The notes beneath the pieces were generated by a model. That model had not been told where the DNA came from. It did not search any database and saw only the letters and a list, made by a program, of their open reading frames with translations. Both the position numbers and the translations under genes were made by a program. Shown here one piece after another: positions 30,151 to 39,415 of a stretch of 64,000 bases of DNA. The stretch's first letter is position 1. Every line of letters starts with the position of its first letter. The DNA is from Candidatus Latescibacterota bacterium (GTDB lineage: Bacteria > Latescibacterota > UBA2968), in NCBI GenBank assembly GCA_965198115.1, contig OZ240241.1, forward strand, positions 3,776,001-3,840,000, read 5' to 3'.

Positions 30151-30158
30151 CTGTTTTT

Positions 30159-30953
30159 ATGGCTACACGACTTGGCGTCGTCAGTTACCTCAACACCAAG
30201 CCACTCGTCCACGCGTTCGAATCAGGGCTGGTCGATCACGACTTCGATCTGATCTACGACGTGCCGTCGGTCTGCGCGCGAAAGCTTCACGAGAAGGAGA
30301 CCGATGTCGCCCTGATTCCGGCGATTGAGATCGCCCGCGCATCCGAGCGGTATTCGATCGTAAGAGATGTGGGAATCACTTCGCGTGGTCCGGTCCGGAG
30401 TGTGTTTCTCGTGCTGAACCGGGACCCGGCGGATGTCAAGACGCTGGCCCTCGACACGAGTTCTCGATCCTCCGTGGCGTTGTCGCTGATTCTGTTGGAA
30501 GCGCACTACGGCGCACGAATCGACCGAACGATCGACGCCGAGCCGGACGTCGATGCGATGCTGGCCAGGGCGAACGCCGCAGTCGTGATCGGAGACGTTG
30601 CGCTGGAGTTGGATGTCGGGAAGTACGATGTGGTCGATCTGGGTGAGGCCTGGACGTCCTGGACGGGGCTGCCTTTCGTCTATGCGTGCTGGACCGGCAG
30701 AGCGGGGGCGATCGATGACGAGGGATGCGTCCGCCTTCGTGAAGGGCGCGCGCAGGGCCTGAAAAACATCGAATCGATTGCCCGGACGTATGCATCCGAT
30801 CATCCGAACACACCGGGCTTTTACGCGACCTACCTCACCGAGGCGATTCATTACGATCTCGGGGAAGCCGAGCTTGAGGGCATGCGTCGCTACTTTGCCT
30901 ACGCTGAAGAACTCGGGCTCATTGAACACACCCCCCGGGTAACCTTCTACTGA
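30159..30953 (+). CDS. mqnA: Chorismate dehydratase (futalosine pathway)
   Basis: VSYLNTKPL, VRSV, SRSSVAL, VIGDVAL and DLGEAW...LPFVYA motifs. Confidence 0.93.
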   Translation: MATRLGVVSYLNTKPLVHAFESGLVDHDFDLIYDVPSVCARKLHEKETDVALIPAIEIARASERYSIVRDVGITSRGPVRSVFLVLNRDPADVKTLALDTSSRSSVALSLILLEAHYGARIDRTIDAEPDVDAMLARANAAVVIGDVALELDVGKYDVVDLGEAWTSWTGLPFVYACWTGRAGAIDDEGCVRLREGRAQGLKNIESIARTYASDHPNTPGFYATYLTEAIHYDLGEAELEGMRRYFAYAEELGLIEHTPRVTFY

Positions 30954-30964
30954 TTCGCCGCGTG

Positions 30965-30997
30965 AAAAGGCCCGAAGCGAACCGCGCTCCGGGCCTT
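30965..30997. terminator. Terminator between convergent mqnA and the FAH-family gene
   Basis: AAAAGGCCCG...CGGGCCTT hairpin. Confidence 0.6.
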
Positions 30998-31078
30998 GAT
31001 CTTCACATCAAGAAAGTTTCAGCATCATCTGAATCGACTGAGAACGAAGTCGTCGGTTCCGCCCACGCTCCTCCGCAA

Positions 31079-31960
31079 CTACTCCGCCTTCACGTCACAG
31101 GAGAGAACGCCGATGCTCTCTATCTCGCCGTCCACCTTGTCCCCATCCTGGAGGAACTCACCCGTTGTCGCGCCGACACCTGCCAGGGTGCCAGTGGCGA
31201 TGATGTCACCGGGCTCGAGTGTGACGAGGTTGGACGCCCACGCGACGAGCTCAGCGACGGTATAGGTCATCTGGCCGGTGTTTCCGTCCTGTCGAGTCAC
31301 TCCGTTGACGCTCAGAGCGATGTGGAGACCCTGGGGATCGGGGATTTCGTCTTTGAGCGTGAGGACCGGGCCACAGGGGGCAAAGGTGTCGAACCACTTG
31401 CCATTGAGCCAGTCGAACCAGCTGTCACCCTCTTGTGATTCTCGACCGTCGGGCACTTTGAGACTCCGCTCGGAAACGTCGATGATGACGGTATACCCGG
31501 CGACGTAGTCGAGGCCTTCACTGGCCTCCACGAACCGAGCGTTTTTTCCCATCACGACCGCGAGTTCACATTCCCAATCGATCTGTTGGGCGTTGCGTGG
31601 CAAGACGATCGTGTCGCCCTGACCGATGATGGTGGTGCTCGGCGGCTTCATGAAAACGCGGGGCCAGGTTTTCTCTTTGCCGATGAAGCTGCCACCACCC
31701 TCTTCGACGTGAGATTGATAGTTCCCCGCGAGGCACAGGAGCTTGTTCGGGTTCGTGACGGGTGGCCGGACACGAACGTCCGCCATCCTAATCGACCCGT
31801 TGCCCTGCTCGACGAGGTCAACCGCCTTGCTGATGTTCGCATCCCCGCCCTCCAGGAAGGCTTTAGCCGATCCAAAGACATCGGTCAGGTCGACGATTCC
31901 ATCGCCTTTGAGAGCCCCGAAGCCCTGACGGCCGTTCTGTTCGAATGAGACGAGTTTCAA
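31079..31960 (-). CDS. Fumarylacetoacetate hydrolase family protein
   Basis: GNYQSH, DWECEL, DVSER, GKWFDTFAPCGP and LEPGDIIATGT motifs. Confidence 0.93.
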   Translation of the reverse strand: MKLVSFEQNGRQGFGALKGDGIVDLTDVFGSAKAFLEGGDANISKAVDLVEQGNGSIRMADVRVRPPVTNPNKLLCLAGNYQSHVEEGGGSFIGKEKTWPRVFMKPPSTTIIGQGDTIVLPRNAQQIDWECELAVVMGKNARFVEASEGLDYVAGYTVIIDVSERSLKVPDGRESQEGDSWFDWLNGKWFDTFAPCGPVLTLKDEIPDPQGLHIALSVNGVTRQDGNTGQMTYTVAELVAWASNLVTLEPGDIIATGTLAGVGATTGEFLQDGDKVDGEIESIGVLSCDVKAE

Positions 31961-32164
31961 AATGCTCCTCCTTTTATGGCGAACTGGACACGCGGACCGT
32001 GTTCGACCTCGACCCTGCGTGGAAATGACGCGTCAATATAGCTGGCCCCCAACGACGGATCAACGCCATTCACCCTGATTGACCCGGTCAGATGCGCCTC
32101 TTACATTTTCGCAAGATGGCCGTTTGTGTAGGCATTTCACTTCATCAGAGAGGGAGCGCTTGCG

Positions 32165-32533
32165 ATGTTCGGGGAGAGAGAACGGGCGATCAAGAATCTC
32201 GTGATCGACGCACTCGGTGGCCCGGAATCCTATCGGCGTGCACGTCAACAGACGGACGACATCGATGAGGCCTATGTACAGATCGAAACCAGACGGTCGG
32301 CGGTCGTGATTCGCCGTCTGGCTATATTCATCGTGCTTTATGTTCTGATTGTGCTGACGGCGGTCGTGGTCGTCCGGGCTCAGACAGGACGTCTGGACGT
32401 GATTCTGTGGGTCGTCGTGGGAACGTTCAATGCGGGGAGTGCGGGTGTCTATTACGCCCAGTTCCAGAAGCGTCGGATGGCGCTCCAGATATTGACCTTG
32501 CTCCGGGGTGAGAGTCAGGAGGTCGTGTCGTGA
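32165..32533 (+). CDS. Hypothetical two-TM membrane protein
   Basis: GGAG RBS, two hydrophobic segments, overlaps next gene start (GTGA). Confidence 0.7.
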   Translation: MFGERERAIKNLVIDALGGPESYRRARQQTDDIDEAYVQIETRRSAVVIRRLAIFIVLYVLIVLTAVVVVRAQTGRLDVILWVVVGTFNAGSAGVYYAQFQKRRMALQILTLLRGESQEVVS

Positions 32534-32877
32534 TGACGCTATTCTGGGGCCAGGTCGCGATGGGAACGTATGGCGCGCTGCTCATCCTGGGAGGACTGAT
32601 GGGCTATGTGAAGGGGGGGAGCAAGGTGTCTCTTTTCGCGGGTGCGATTGCGGGTGGGTTGTGTGTGGAAGCGACGTGGCTGAGCGTGGAACAGCCGGGC
32701 AACGGACTGACGCTCGGGGCCCTGATCGCCTTTCTGCTCGCTGGCGTGTTCATCAACCGATTTGCTAAAACGCGGAAGCTCGTGCCCGCGGGTGTGATTC
32801 TTATCCTGAGTCTGGCTGTGGGCGCCTTGCTGATGACGATTCTTCAGAATCTTGGATTCTCACCGACCGAAGGGTGA
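32530..32877 (+). CDS. TMEM14-family small membrane protein
   Basis: YGALLILGGLMGYVKGGSKVSLFAG and RFAKTRKLVPAG motifs. Confidence 0.85.
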   Translation: MMTLFWGQVAMGTYGALLILGGLMGYVKGGSKVSLFAGAIAGGLCVEATWLSVEQPGNGLTLGALIAFLLAGVFINRFAKTRKLVPAGVILILSLAVGALLMTILQNLGFSPTEG

Positions 32878-32945
32878 TACGCAGACGGTGCTCCTGGGGA
32901 ACAATGGGACCACCCCCTCCGTCCTTTGAGGCCTCGCCCCTACTG

Positions 32946-32978
32946 TCAGGCGAGCGTACCTCCAAAGTTCGCTTGCAT
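32946..32978 (-). CDS. Putative 10-aa micro-ORF MQANFGGTLA
   Basis: AAAGGAGGT RBS ahead of ATG; lies inside a long predicted hairpin. Confidence 0.35.
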   Translation of the reverse strand: MQANFGGTLA

Positions 32979-33103
32979 CGTGAACCTCCTTTCGGATGTG
33001 GCCCGGTGCGACCGGTCGGCACCGTTTGAGCGGCCAGCGTGAAGCCGATCGGGATCAGCTGCCGGGCGTTTGTCCCGGCAACTTTACCCTGAGGCGGATG
33101 CAC

Positions 33104-33508
33104 TCAGATCGCTGTTGGTGACAGACCGGTCGGCGTGACCCCGTGATCGCGACAGAGGTTCCGAATTTTCTTGATGGCACCGCCAACGTGTTTACCGTTG
33201 CGCCGGATGCCGAAAAGGTGTTGACTGACCACGCGACGGGACATTCCCAAAATGTCCGCGATTTCCTGCTGGGTCTTGCCGTGCTGGAAGTAGAGCAAAA
33301 ACGCTTCGCGCTGCTTCCTGGTCAACGTACCGAGCAGGTTGCGATTCACGTAGCGGCTGAGCGCGAGGTGTCGTTCTTCGAGCTCGTACCGGGATTGCCT
33401 GTCGTCGAGGGATTCGAACCAGAGCCCTCGCTCTTCTGAGATTCTCTCCAAATCCCCGTGGTCGACTCTCACTTCCCAAAAATCAGGGTTATACATAGAT
33501 CGATACAT
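33104..33508 (-). CDS. Stand-alone sigma-70 region 4-like HTH protein (134 aa)
   Basis: GGAGGA RBS; LTRKQREAFLLYFQHGKTQQEIADILGMSRRVVSQHL; no sigma region 2. Confidence 0.85.
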   Translation of the reverse strand: MYRSMYNPDFWEVRVDHGDLERISEERGLWFESLDDRQSRYELEERHLALSRYVNRNLLGTLTRKQREAFLLYFQHGKTQQEIADILGMSRRVVSQHLFGIRRNGKHVGGAIKKIRNLCRDHGVTPTGLSPTAI

Positions 33509-33509
33509 T

Positions 33510-33569
33510 CCTCCGGTGGTGGATGGCATAAAAGAACGCCACGAGCGAATGTGCTCGTGGCACCGGAGG
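33510..33569 (-). terminator. Attenuator-like intrinsic terminator nested in an anti-SD stem
   Basis: GCCACGAGC/GCTCGTGGC stem + GTTCTTTT on the minus strand; CCTCCGGTG/CACCGGAGG pairs with the HTH gene RBS. Confidence 0.65.
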
Positions 33570-33632
33570 GCGGGCATCGATTGGACACCGACCGCGTTGT
33601 GCGCGATGGGAAAGGCTACTAATGGACGGCGA

Positions 33633-33707
33633 TCAGGCCGTTCGACGCGCCCTTCGGGAGGCAAGCAGCGTTCGCATTTCGATTGTGCTCCTGACGAGAA
33701 ACAGCAT
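33633..33707 (-). CDS. Putative 24-aa leader peptide MLFLVRSTIEMRTLLASRRARRTA
   Basis: AAAGGAGG RBS ahead of ATG; upstream of the terminator and HTH gene. Confidence 0.5.
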   Translation of the reverse strand: MLFLVRSTIEMRTLLASRRARRTA

Positions 33708-33772
33708 CTGACGCCTCCTTTCGGTGTCGGTATGGACTGAACGATGAAAACTTAGTCGTGCTTTTACCCTTA

Positions 33773-35035
33773 GTGCATGGTTTCATAAATATTATTACGT
33801 ATGTTCTGAACATTATTTGTAGCTTATGTTCTCCTTCAAAAGGAGGAGAACAATGCCAAGACGTTCGCCTTATGTGGTGCTACTGTCTGAGAAGGAACGG
33901 GTCGACCTCGAGCGAATGGCTGGACAATATACGTTACCGTATTATCAAGTGATCCGATCGAAAATCGTGCTTCTCGCCGCCGAGGGATTATCCAACAAGA
34001 TTATCGCCCAACGGTTGGATGTCCCGCGTCCGATCGTAAGCAAATGGCGTAAGCGCTTTTTCGAAGAGCGTCTTTCGGGACTCGAAGATAGATCTCGTCC
34101 CGGGCGCCCGCCCGGTTTTCCCCCCCTCAGGTGGTCGTTCAGATCAAGGCGCTGGCGTGTGAACTACCGAGCGAGAGCGGGATACCGCTCTCGCGGTTCA
34201 GCTGTTCCGAGATTGCCGCCGAGGCAGTGCAAAGGGGCTTCGTTGCCAAGATCAGCGGCGCCACTGTCTGGCGCTGGTTGAACGAGGACGCGATTCGTCC
34301 TTGGTATCATCGCTCCTGGATTTTCCCACGGGACCCGGACTTCCAAACCAAAGCAGGTAGAGTCCTTGATCTGTATCACCGCCAATGGCAAGGAAAGCCT
34401 TTAGGGCCGAGGGAATATGTACTTTCTGCCGACGAAAAGACCAGTATTCAAGCACGAGCTCGCAAGCACGTTACCCTACCGCCAGCCTCGAACAGAGCGG
34501 CACGCGTTGAAACACGAATACGAGCGGAAAGGAGCCCTGGCCTATCTGGCTGCTCTCGACGTGCACAATGGTCGAATCTTCGGTCTCTGTGAGTCTTCTT
34601 CGGGTATCGAGCCCTTCAACCGGCTCCTGAGCCTGATCATGAGCCGGAAACCCTATTGCTCGGCAAAGAAAGTCTACCTCATCGTGGATAATGGCTCCTC
34701 GCACCGAGGGCAAACATGCATCGACCGTATCCAGGGGAAGTGGCCAAACATCCACCCCGTTCACCTTCCGATCCACGCAAGCTGGCTCAATCAGATCGAG
34801 ATCTACTTCTCGATCCTCAAACGCAAGGCTCTGACACCTATCGAATTTGCATCGCTCGAAGAGCTTGAGGCAAGAATCCTCGGTTTTCAGGAACGCTACG
34901 GACGTATCGCCACACCCTTCAAATGGAAGTTCACACGAACAGATCTCGCGGAGATGATCGACAAACTCAGGTTCTACGATACGCCCTTGGCAAAGTCTGC
35001 TTAGAATACGTAACCGTATTTGAGAACAGGAGTAC
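33773..35035 (+). mobile_element. IS630-family element type A, full-length copy
   Basis: Ends GTGCATGGTTTCATAAA / TTTGAGAACAGGAGTAC in a CTWAG context; near-identical to 39416-40677. Confidence 0.92.
33853..35004 (+). CDS. IS630 transposase, encoded in overlapping frameshifted ORFs
   Basis: HTH orfA, TTTTCCCCCCC slippery tract, ADEKTSIQ, second shift at GTTGAAACACGAA, then DNGSSH and WLNQIE. Confidence 0.8.
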
Positions 35036-35233
35036 TAAGTCAAGACAGGGTATTTCAGCTTTACACGTCTGCGGATGCACTTTTTTCGCATCCATCGGTA
35101 GAAACGGCCAATAATTTCGCAGAATGGCACAGAATCCTCCCAATTTCGACGTGTCCAGGTCTTGTTTGAGATGTCCGATCGAACACCGAACCCTATTTCC
35201 GATCAAAATTGTTCCGCTGACTAACCCACATCC

Positions 35234-36628
35234 GTGGAGGATGCGTTGCACGAAGCCCGCCTGACGCACGGCAGCGTTCCAAGGACGATGGCCAAACTGA
35301 GTGTGCCCATGATGGGGGGTATTTTCTCGGCCATCGCGTTCAATCTGGCGGATACGTATTTCGTGGCTGAACTAGGAACGTTTGAACTTGCAGCGATGAG
35401 TTTCACCTTTCCAGTGGTGATGGTGCTGGTGGGTGTCGCCTGGGGGTTGGGATCGGGGATGACCGCCTCCGTTTCCCGTGCGATCGGTGAGGGGGATGAG
35501 ACTCGCGTCGTTCGGTTGTCGAGTGATGGGCTGATGCTGGGGTTCGTTTCCGTTCTCGTGCTCGCGTCGATCGGGATGGTGACGATCGAACCCCTGTTCT
35601 TCGCTCTCGGGGCGAGCGAAGACCTCATCCCGCTGATCGCCGACTACATGTTCATCTGGTATCCGGGGATGGTCTTTCTGGTAATACCGATGGTTGCGAA
35701 CGCCACGATCAGGGCGACGGGGGATACGAAGACCCCAGCGTTGATCATCATCGGCGCGACGGGCTTTAACGTGGTGTTGGATCCAATCCTGATCTTCGGT
35801 TGGTTCGGAGTGCCCGCGCTCGGGCTGCGAGGAGCGGCGCTCGCAACCGTGATCGCGCGTGGCACGACGATGATCGCGACGATCCTCGTGCTTCGCTCCC
35901 GCGAGAGACTACTCGACCTCCGGCCGCCGGGGTTGCGCGATGTCTGGGAGTCGTGGAAGACGATTGGGCAGGTGGCCGTTCCGGCGACGGCGACGAATCT
36001 GTTTTCTCCGATGGCGAGTGCGGTGATCACGCGGATGATTGCCGGCTACGGGGCTCCCGCCGTCGCGGCGTGGGGGGCGGGCTCCCGTATTTCGGCTTTC
36101 GTGCTGATCCCTGTCTTAGGGTACTGTTCCGGACTGGCACCCTTCGTGGGTCAGAATTGGGGTGCCGGGCTGCTCGACCGTGTCAGAATGGCGCGAAATA
36201 TCGGTTACGCTTCGAGCCTGGTGTGGGGAGGACTGGCCGTGCTCGGCCTCAGAGTCTTCGGGGAGGCGATTGCAGTTCTTTTCAGCGAAGATCAGGCTGT
36301 CGTCAGAGAGATCGCCCACTACCTGTCGATCATTCCAATTGGGTATGCGATGGTGGGTACGATGAGCGTGACAGAGGAAACTTTAAACTCCGTTGGACGT
36401 CCCATCCTGGCGTCGATTCAGACGCTCATCTACAGTTTCGCTTTCGCGATTCCCCTGGCGCTCCTGGGCGGCGCACACTATGGGCTGACTGGCATGTTTT
36501 TCGGATTGGCTCTTGCTGACTGGGGCGGCGGTGTCTTTGGCATCGCGACGACTGCGTGGTCGTGTCGGGCGTGCTTCTTGTCGAGACCGATCGAGGAAAC
36601 CCACCGGACGGGCCTGGCGACGTCCTAG
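35234..36628 (+). CDS. MATE-family efflux transporter
   Basis: NLADTYFV, RATGDTKTP, NVVLDPILIFG and FVGQNWGA motifs; 12 TM. Confidence 0.95.
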   Translation: MEDALHEARLTHGSVPRTMAKLSVPMMGGIFSAIAFNLADTYFVAELGTFELAAMSFTFPVVMVLVGVAWGLGSGMTASVSRAIGEGDETRVVRLSSDGLMLGFVSVLVLASIGMVTIEPLFFALGASEDLIPLIADYMFIWYPGMVFLVIPMVANATIRATGDTKTPALIIIGATGFNVVLDPILIFGWFGVPALGLRGAALATVIARGTTMIATILVLRSRERLLDLRPPGLRDVWESWKTIGQVAVPATATNLFSPMASAVITRMIAGYGAPAVAAWGAGSRISAFVLIPVLGYCSGLAPFVGQNWGAGLLDRVRMARNIGYASSLVWGGLAVLGLRVFGEAIAVLFSEDQAVVREIAHYLSIIPIGYAMVGTMSVTEETLNSVGRPILASIQTLIYSFAFAIPLALLGGAHYGLTGMFFGLALADWGGGVFGIATTAWSCRACFLSRPIEETHRTGLATS

Positions 36629-36647
36629 TCCTTACGAAATGGAAATA

Positions 36648-36683
36648 AAGAGGCGACAGGTCGAAACGGCCCGTCGCCTTTTC
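36648..36683. terminator. Terminator between convergent MATE and EamA genes
   Basis: AGGCGAC...GTCGCCTTTT hairpin. Confidence 0.6.
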
Positions 36684-36722
36684 CGGTTCTGGCGGGAATT
36701 GGGAGTGATGAACGGACTGTGG

Positions 36723-37613
36723 CTATCTGGTTGCTTCACCGAGTTCCGCTTCCGGCTTGTTCCTATATGGGCGGACCGCTACTGCGATACCGACCAGGAT
36801 GATGGCACCACCGGGATAGATGAGGGTCGGTGGGAGCTCGTCGAGGATCACGTAGGCCATCGCGGTAGAGAGCACGGGCTCGGCGAGCAGGACGAGGGCA
36901 ATGACAGAGGGGCTGACGTGTCGGAGGGCATAGTTGAATGTGCTGTGGCCGATCAGCTGAGGGCCTACGGCAAGGGCAAGGAAGAACACATACGTCATCG
37001 TTGGGTAGCCCGAGAAGCTGTGGCCTTCGATCGCGCACCAAACGATGAGGACGACGGCGGCCAGTGCGTTCACCGGGGCGATGTAGGGGAGCAATGACAC
37101 CTTGGCTCGAGCCCGACGGCCGATGAGAAGGTGACCCGACATAGCGGCGGCACCGGCCAGCGCGAGAAGGTCTCCGTAGAGTGCGCGTTCACCAGCGCCG
37201 TGGTCACCGACGGTGACGATGACGGTTCCGACGAGGGCGATGAGGGTGCCGGTCACGAGGCGTGAGCCAATGCGTTCCTTGAGGAGGAGCCAGGCGCCGA
37301 AGCCGACGAAGATCGGGTTCGTCGTCACGAGCAATCCCGAGCTGGCGACCGATGTGTGAGCGAGTGAGGTGATCCAGAATGCGAAATGTAAGGCGAGGCA
37401 AAGGCCGCTGCCGACGAGCGGTGGGGCCTGGTTGACCACGAGCGTCCGGAGCTGTTGGGGGTCTCGCGCGGCGGCGAGCGGGACGAGAACGAGGCTGCCG
37501 ATACCCAGACGATACGCAGCGATGACGAGGGATGGGGCGTCGCAAAGACGGATCAGGATGGCGGCCGAGGAGGAGGCGCTTAATCCTACGAACAACAGGA
37601 CGAGAACGCTCAC
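36723..37613 (-). CDS. DMT/EamA-family transporter
   Basis: ALHFAFWITSL, TSVAS, GDLLALAGA and GHSTFNYAL motifs; 10 TM. Confidence 0.92.
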   Translation of the reverse strand: MSVLVLLFVGLSASSSAAILIRLCDAPSLVIAAYRLGIGSLVLVPLAAARDPQQLRTLVVNQAPPLVGSGLCLALHFAFWITSLAHTSVASSGLLVTTNPIFVGFGAWLLLKERIGSRLVTGTLIALVGTVIVTVGDHGAGERALYGDLLALAGAAAMSGHLLIGRRARAKVSLLPYIAPVNALAAVVLIVWCAIEGHSFSGYPTMTYVFFLALAVGPQLIGHSTFNYALRHVSPSVIALVLLAEPVLSTAMAYVILDELPPTLIYPGGAIILVGIAVAVRPYRNKPEAELGEATR

Positions 37614-38935
37614 TGCTCAGCCGATTGCCGCCGATGCGCTCTCAGGTCGCGCCAGTAGTCCATCAGGGCACGGATACTTTTTTCATAACCGCGGTCGGTC
37701 GGGTGGTAGTACTCTCGCCCGGCCAGATTTTCTGGAAGGTAGTCCTGGGGCGCGTAGCCATCCGGGTCGTCGTGATCGTACTCATAGCCTTTTCCATAGC
37801 CGAGGCCTTTCATCAAACCCGTTGGCGCATTTCTGATATGCAGGGGAACCGGAAGGTTCGGCTGAGTGCGAACGTCGTTCTGTGCTTCTCCGTAGGCCGT
37901 GCAAACGGCGTTGCTCTTGGGAGCGGTTGCCAGATACACGGCCGCCTGGGCAATGGCGAGATCGCCCTCGGGACTGCCCAGGAAGTCGTAGGATTCGCGG
38001 GCAGCCAGGGTGACGGACAGGGCGCGTGGGTCGGCATTGCCGATGTCTTCGGACGCGAATCGGATCATCCGGCGCAGAATGTAGTGCGGGTGTTCGCCCG
38101 ATTCCATCATTCTCGCAACCCAGTAGAGGGCGGCGTTAGGATCGCTGCCCCTCAGACTCTTGTGCAGGGCCGAGATAAGGTTGTAATGCTCTTCGCCGCT
38201 CTTGTCGTAGAGCAGGGATTTGGTGCCGAGGATGTCGGGGAGCGATTCTGCGGTGACGGCCGTGTTATCGCTGGCGGAAGCGGCGGCGGCCACCGTCTCG
38301 AGGGTGTTGAGTGCGCGGCGGGCGTCTCCCTCGGCGTTGTTGGCGATGACTGCGAGGGCATCGTCGTCGAACGTGAGGGTGTCGAGGCCGGTCTGCTCGT
38401 CGGTGATAGCGCGCGCAAGTACGTCTAGGATGACGTCGGTGTCGAGCGGGTTGAGCACGAATACGCGTGTCCGCGACAGGAGCGCGGCGTTGACTTCGAA
38501 GCTGGGGTTTTCGGTCGTTGCGCCAATCAGGGTTATCGTGCCTTTCTCGACGTGTGGGAGAAATGCGTCCTGTTGCGCCCGATTGAACCGATGGATCTCG
38601 TCGATGAATAGAATGGTGCGACGACCGAGTTTTTGCTCCTCGGCGGCCCGAGCGATGATTTCGCGCACTTCTTTGATGCCGGACGTGGCGGCGCTGAAGA
38701 AAACGAAGCGGCTGCGAGTCGTGTTGGCGATCACGCGGGCGAGCGTGGTCTTGCCAGAGCCCGGAGGGCCCCAGAAGATCATAGAGGGTGTCTGATCGGA
38801 TTCGATGAGCCGACGGAGGGGCGCATCCCGGCCGAGGAGATGGTCCTGGCCGAGTACGTCGTCGATCGTCTGCGGGCGCATTCGATCGGCGAGCGGGCCG
38901 TGGGTGGCTTCCTGTCGCTCGAAAAGATCGCTCAC
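37610..38935 (-). CDS. rarA: Replication-associated recombination protein A (MgsA/RarA AAA+ ATPase)
   Basis: PLADRMRP, WGPPGSGKTT, IDEIHRFN, GATTENPSF and SALHKSLRGSD motifs. Confidence 0.97.
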   Translation of the reverse strand: MSDLFERQEATHGPLADRMRPQTIDDVLGQDHLLGRDAPLRRLIESDQTPSMIFWGPPGSGKTTLARVIANTTRSRFVFFSAATSGIKEVREIIARAAEEQKLGRRTILFIDEIHRFNRAQQDAFLPHVEKGTITLIGATTENPSFEVNAALLSRTRVFVLNPLDTDVILDVLARAITDEQTGLDTLTFDDDALAVIANNAEGDARRALNTLETVAAAASASDNTAVTAESLPDILGTKSLLYDKSGEEHYNLISALHKSLRGSDPNAALYWVARMMESGEHPHYILRRMIRFASEDIGNADPRALSVTLAARESYDFLGSPEGDLAIAQAAVYLATAPKSNAVCTAYGEAQNDVRTQPNLPVPLHIRNAPTGLMKGLGYGKGYEYDHDDPDGYAPQDYLPENLAGREYYHPTDRGYEKSIRALMDYWRDLRAHRRQSAEQ

Positions 38936-39357
38936 CGCGGCCGGTCTCCCGGGGATGGGGGCCCCTTGTCGTCTTCAGAGTCGCCCGGGGAGCCGAAGTC
39001 GAAGCCGGCCGCACCCCAGTCGATCCCACGATCTCCCAATCGCTCCGGATCGATCTTCGATGGTAGGTCGTCCTTGACCTGATCCAGAATCGCTGCCGCC
39101 GAATCAGGCGGCGCCGGCGGAGAGAAATGCGTCGCGTCCGGTGATTCGTCGACCGTTGCGCCGGAACTCAGGTTCTCTAGGAGGGCGTTGACCTCTTCCA
39201 GAATCGTCATTCGCTCGTCGACGGAAACCCGGGACATTTTGCGCATCTCTGCGATGATGACGAGCATTTCGTCAGGCCCGAGTTTGTCCAGGATGCGTTG
39301 AGCGTGGGTCGGACCCAGAGCGATCAACAGGACGGCGACCTTCCTGATCTCATCCAT
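38932..39357 (-). CDS. Small protein with FliG N-terminal-like domain
   Basis: RKVAVLLIALGPTHAQRILDKLGPDEMLVIIAEMRKM resembles FliG_N; short acidic/Pro tail. Confidence 0.7.
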   Translation of the reverse strand: MDEIRKVAVLLIALGPTHAQRILDKLGPDEMLVIIAEMRKMSRVSVDERMTILEEVNALLENLSSGATVDESPDATHFSPPAPPDSAAAILDQVKDDLPSKIDPERLGDRGIDWGAAGFDFGSPGDSEDDKGPPSPGDRPR

Positions 39358-39415
39358 TAGCGCTGACTCTCGAGACGACCTCGCCGACCTGTCGATTTAG
39401 CTCCGGTTGCTCTAA

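Noticed and set aside
32940-32948. Selenocysteine readthrough of the micro-ORF TGA
   Set aside because: TAG follows one codon later, and the TGA sits in a hairpin loop rather than upstream of a SECIS-like stem
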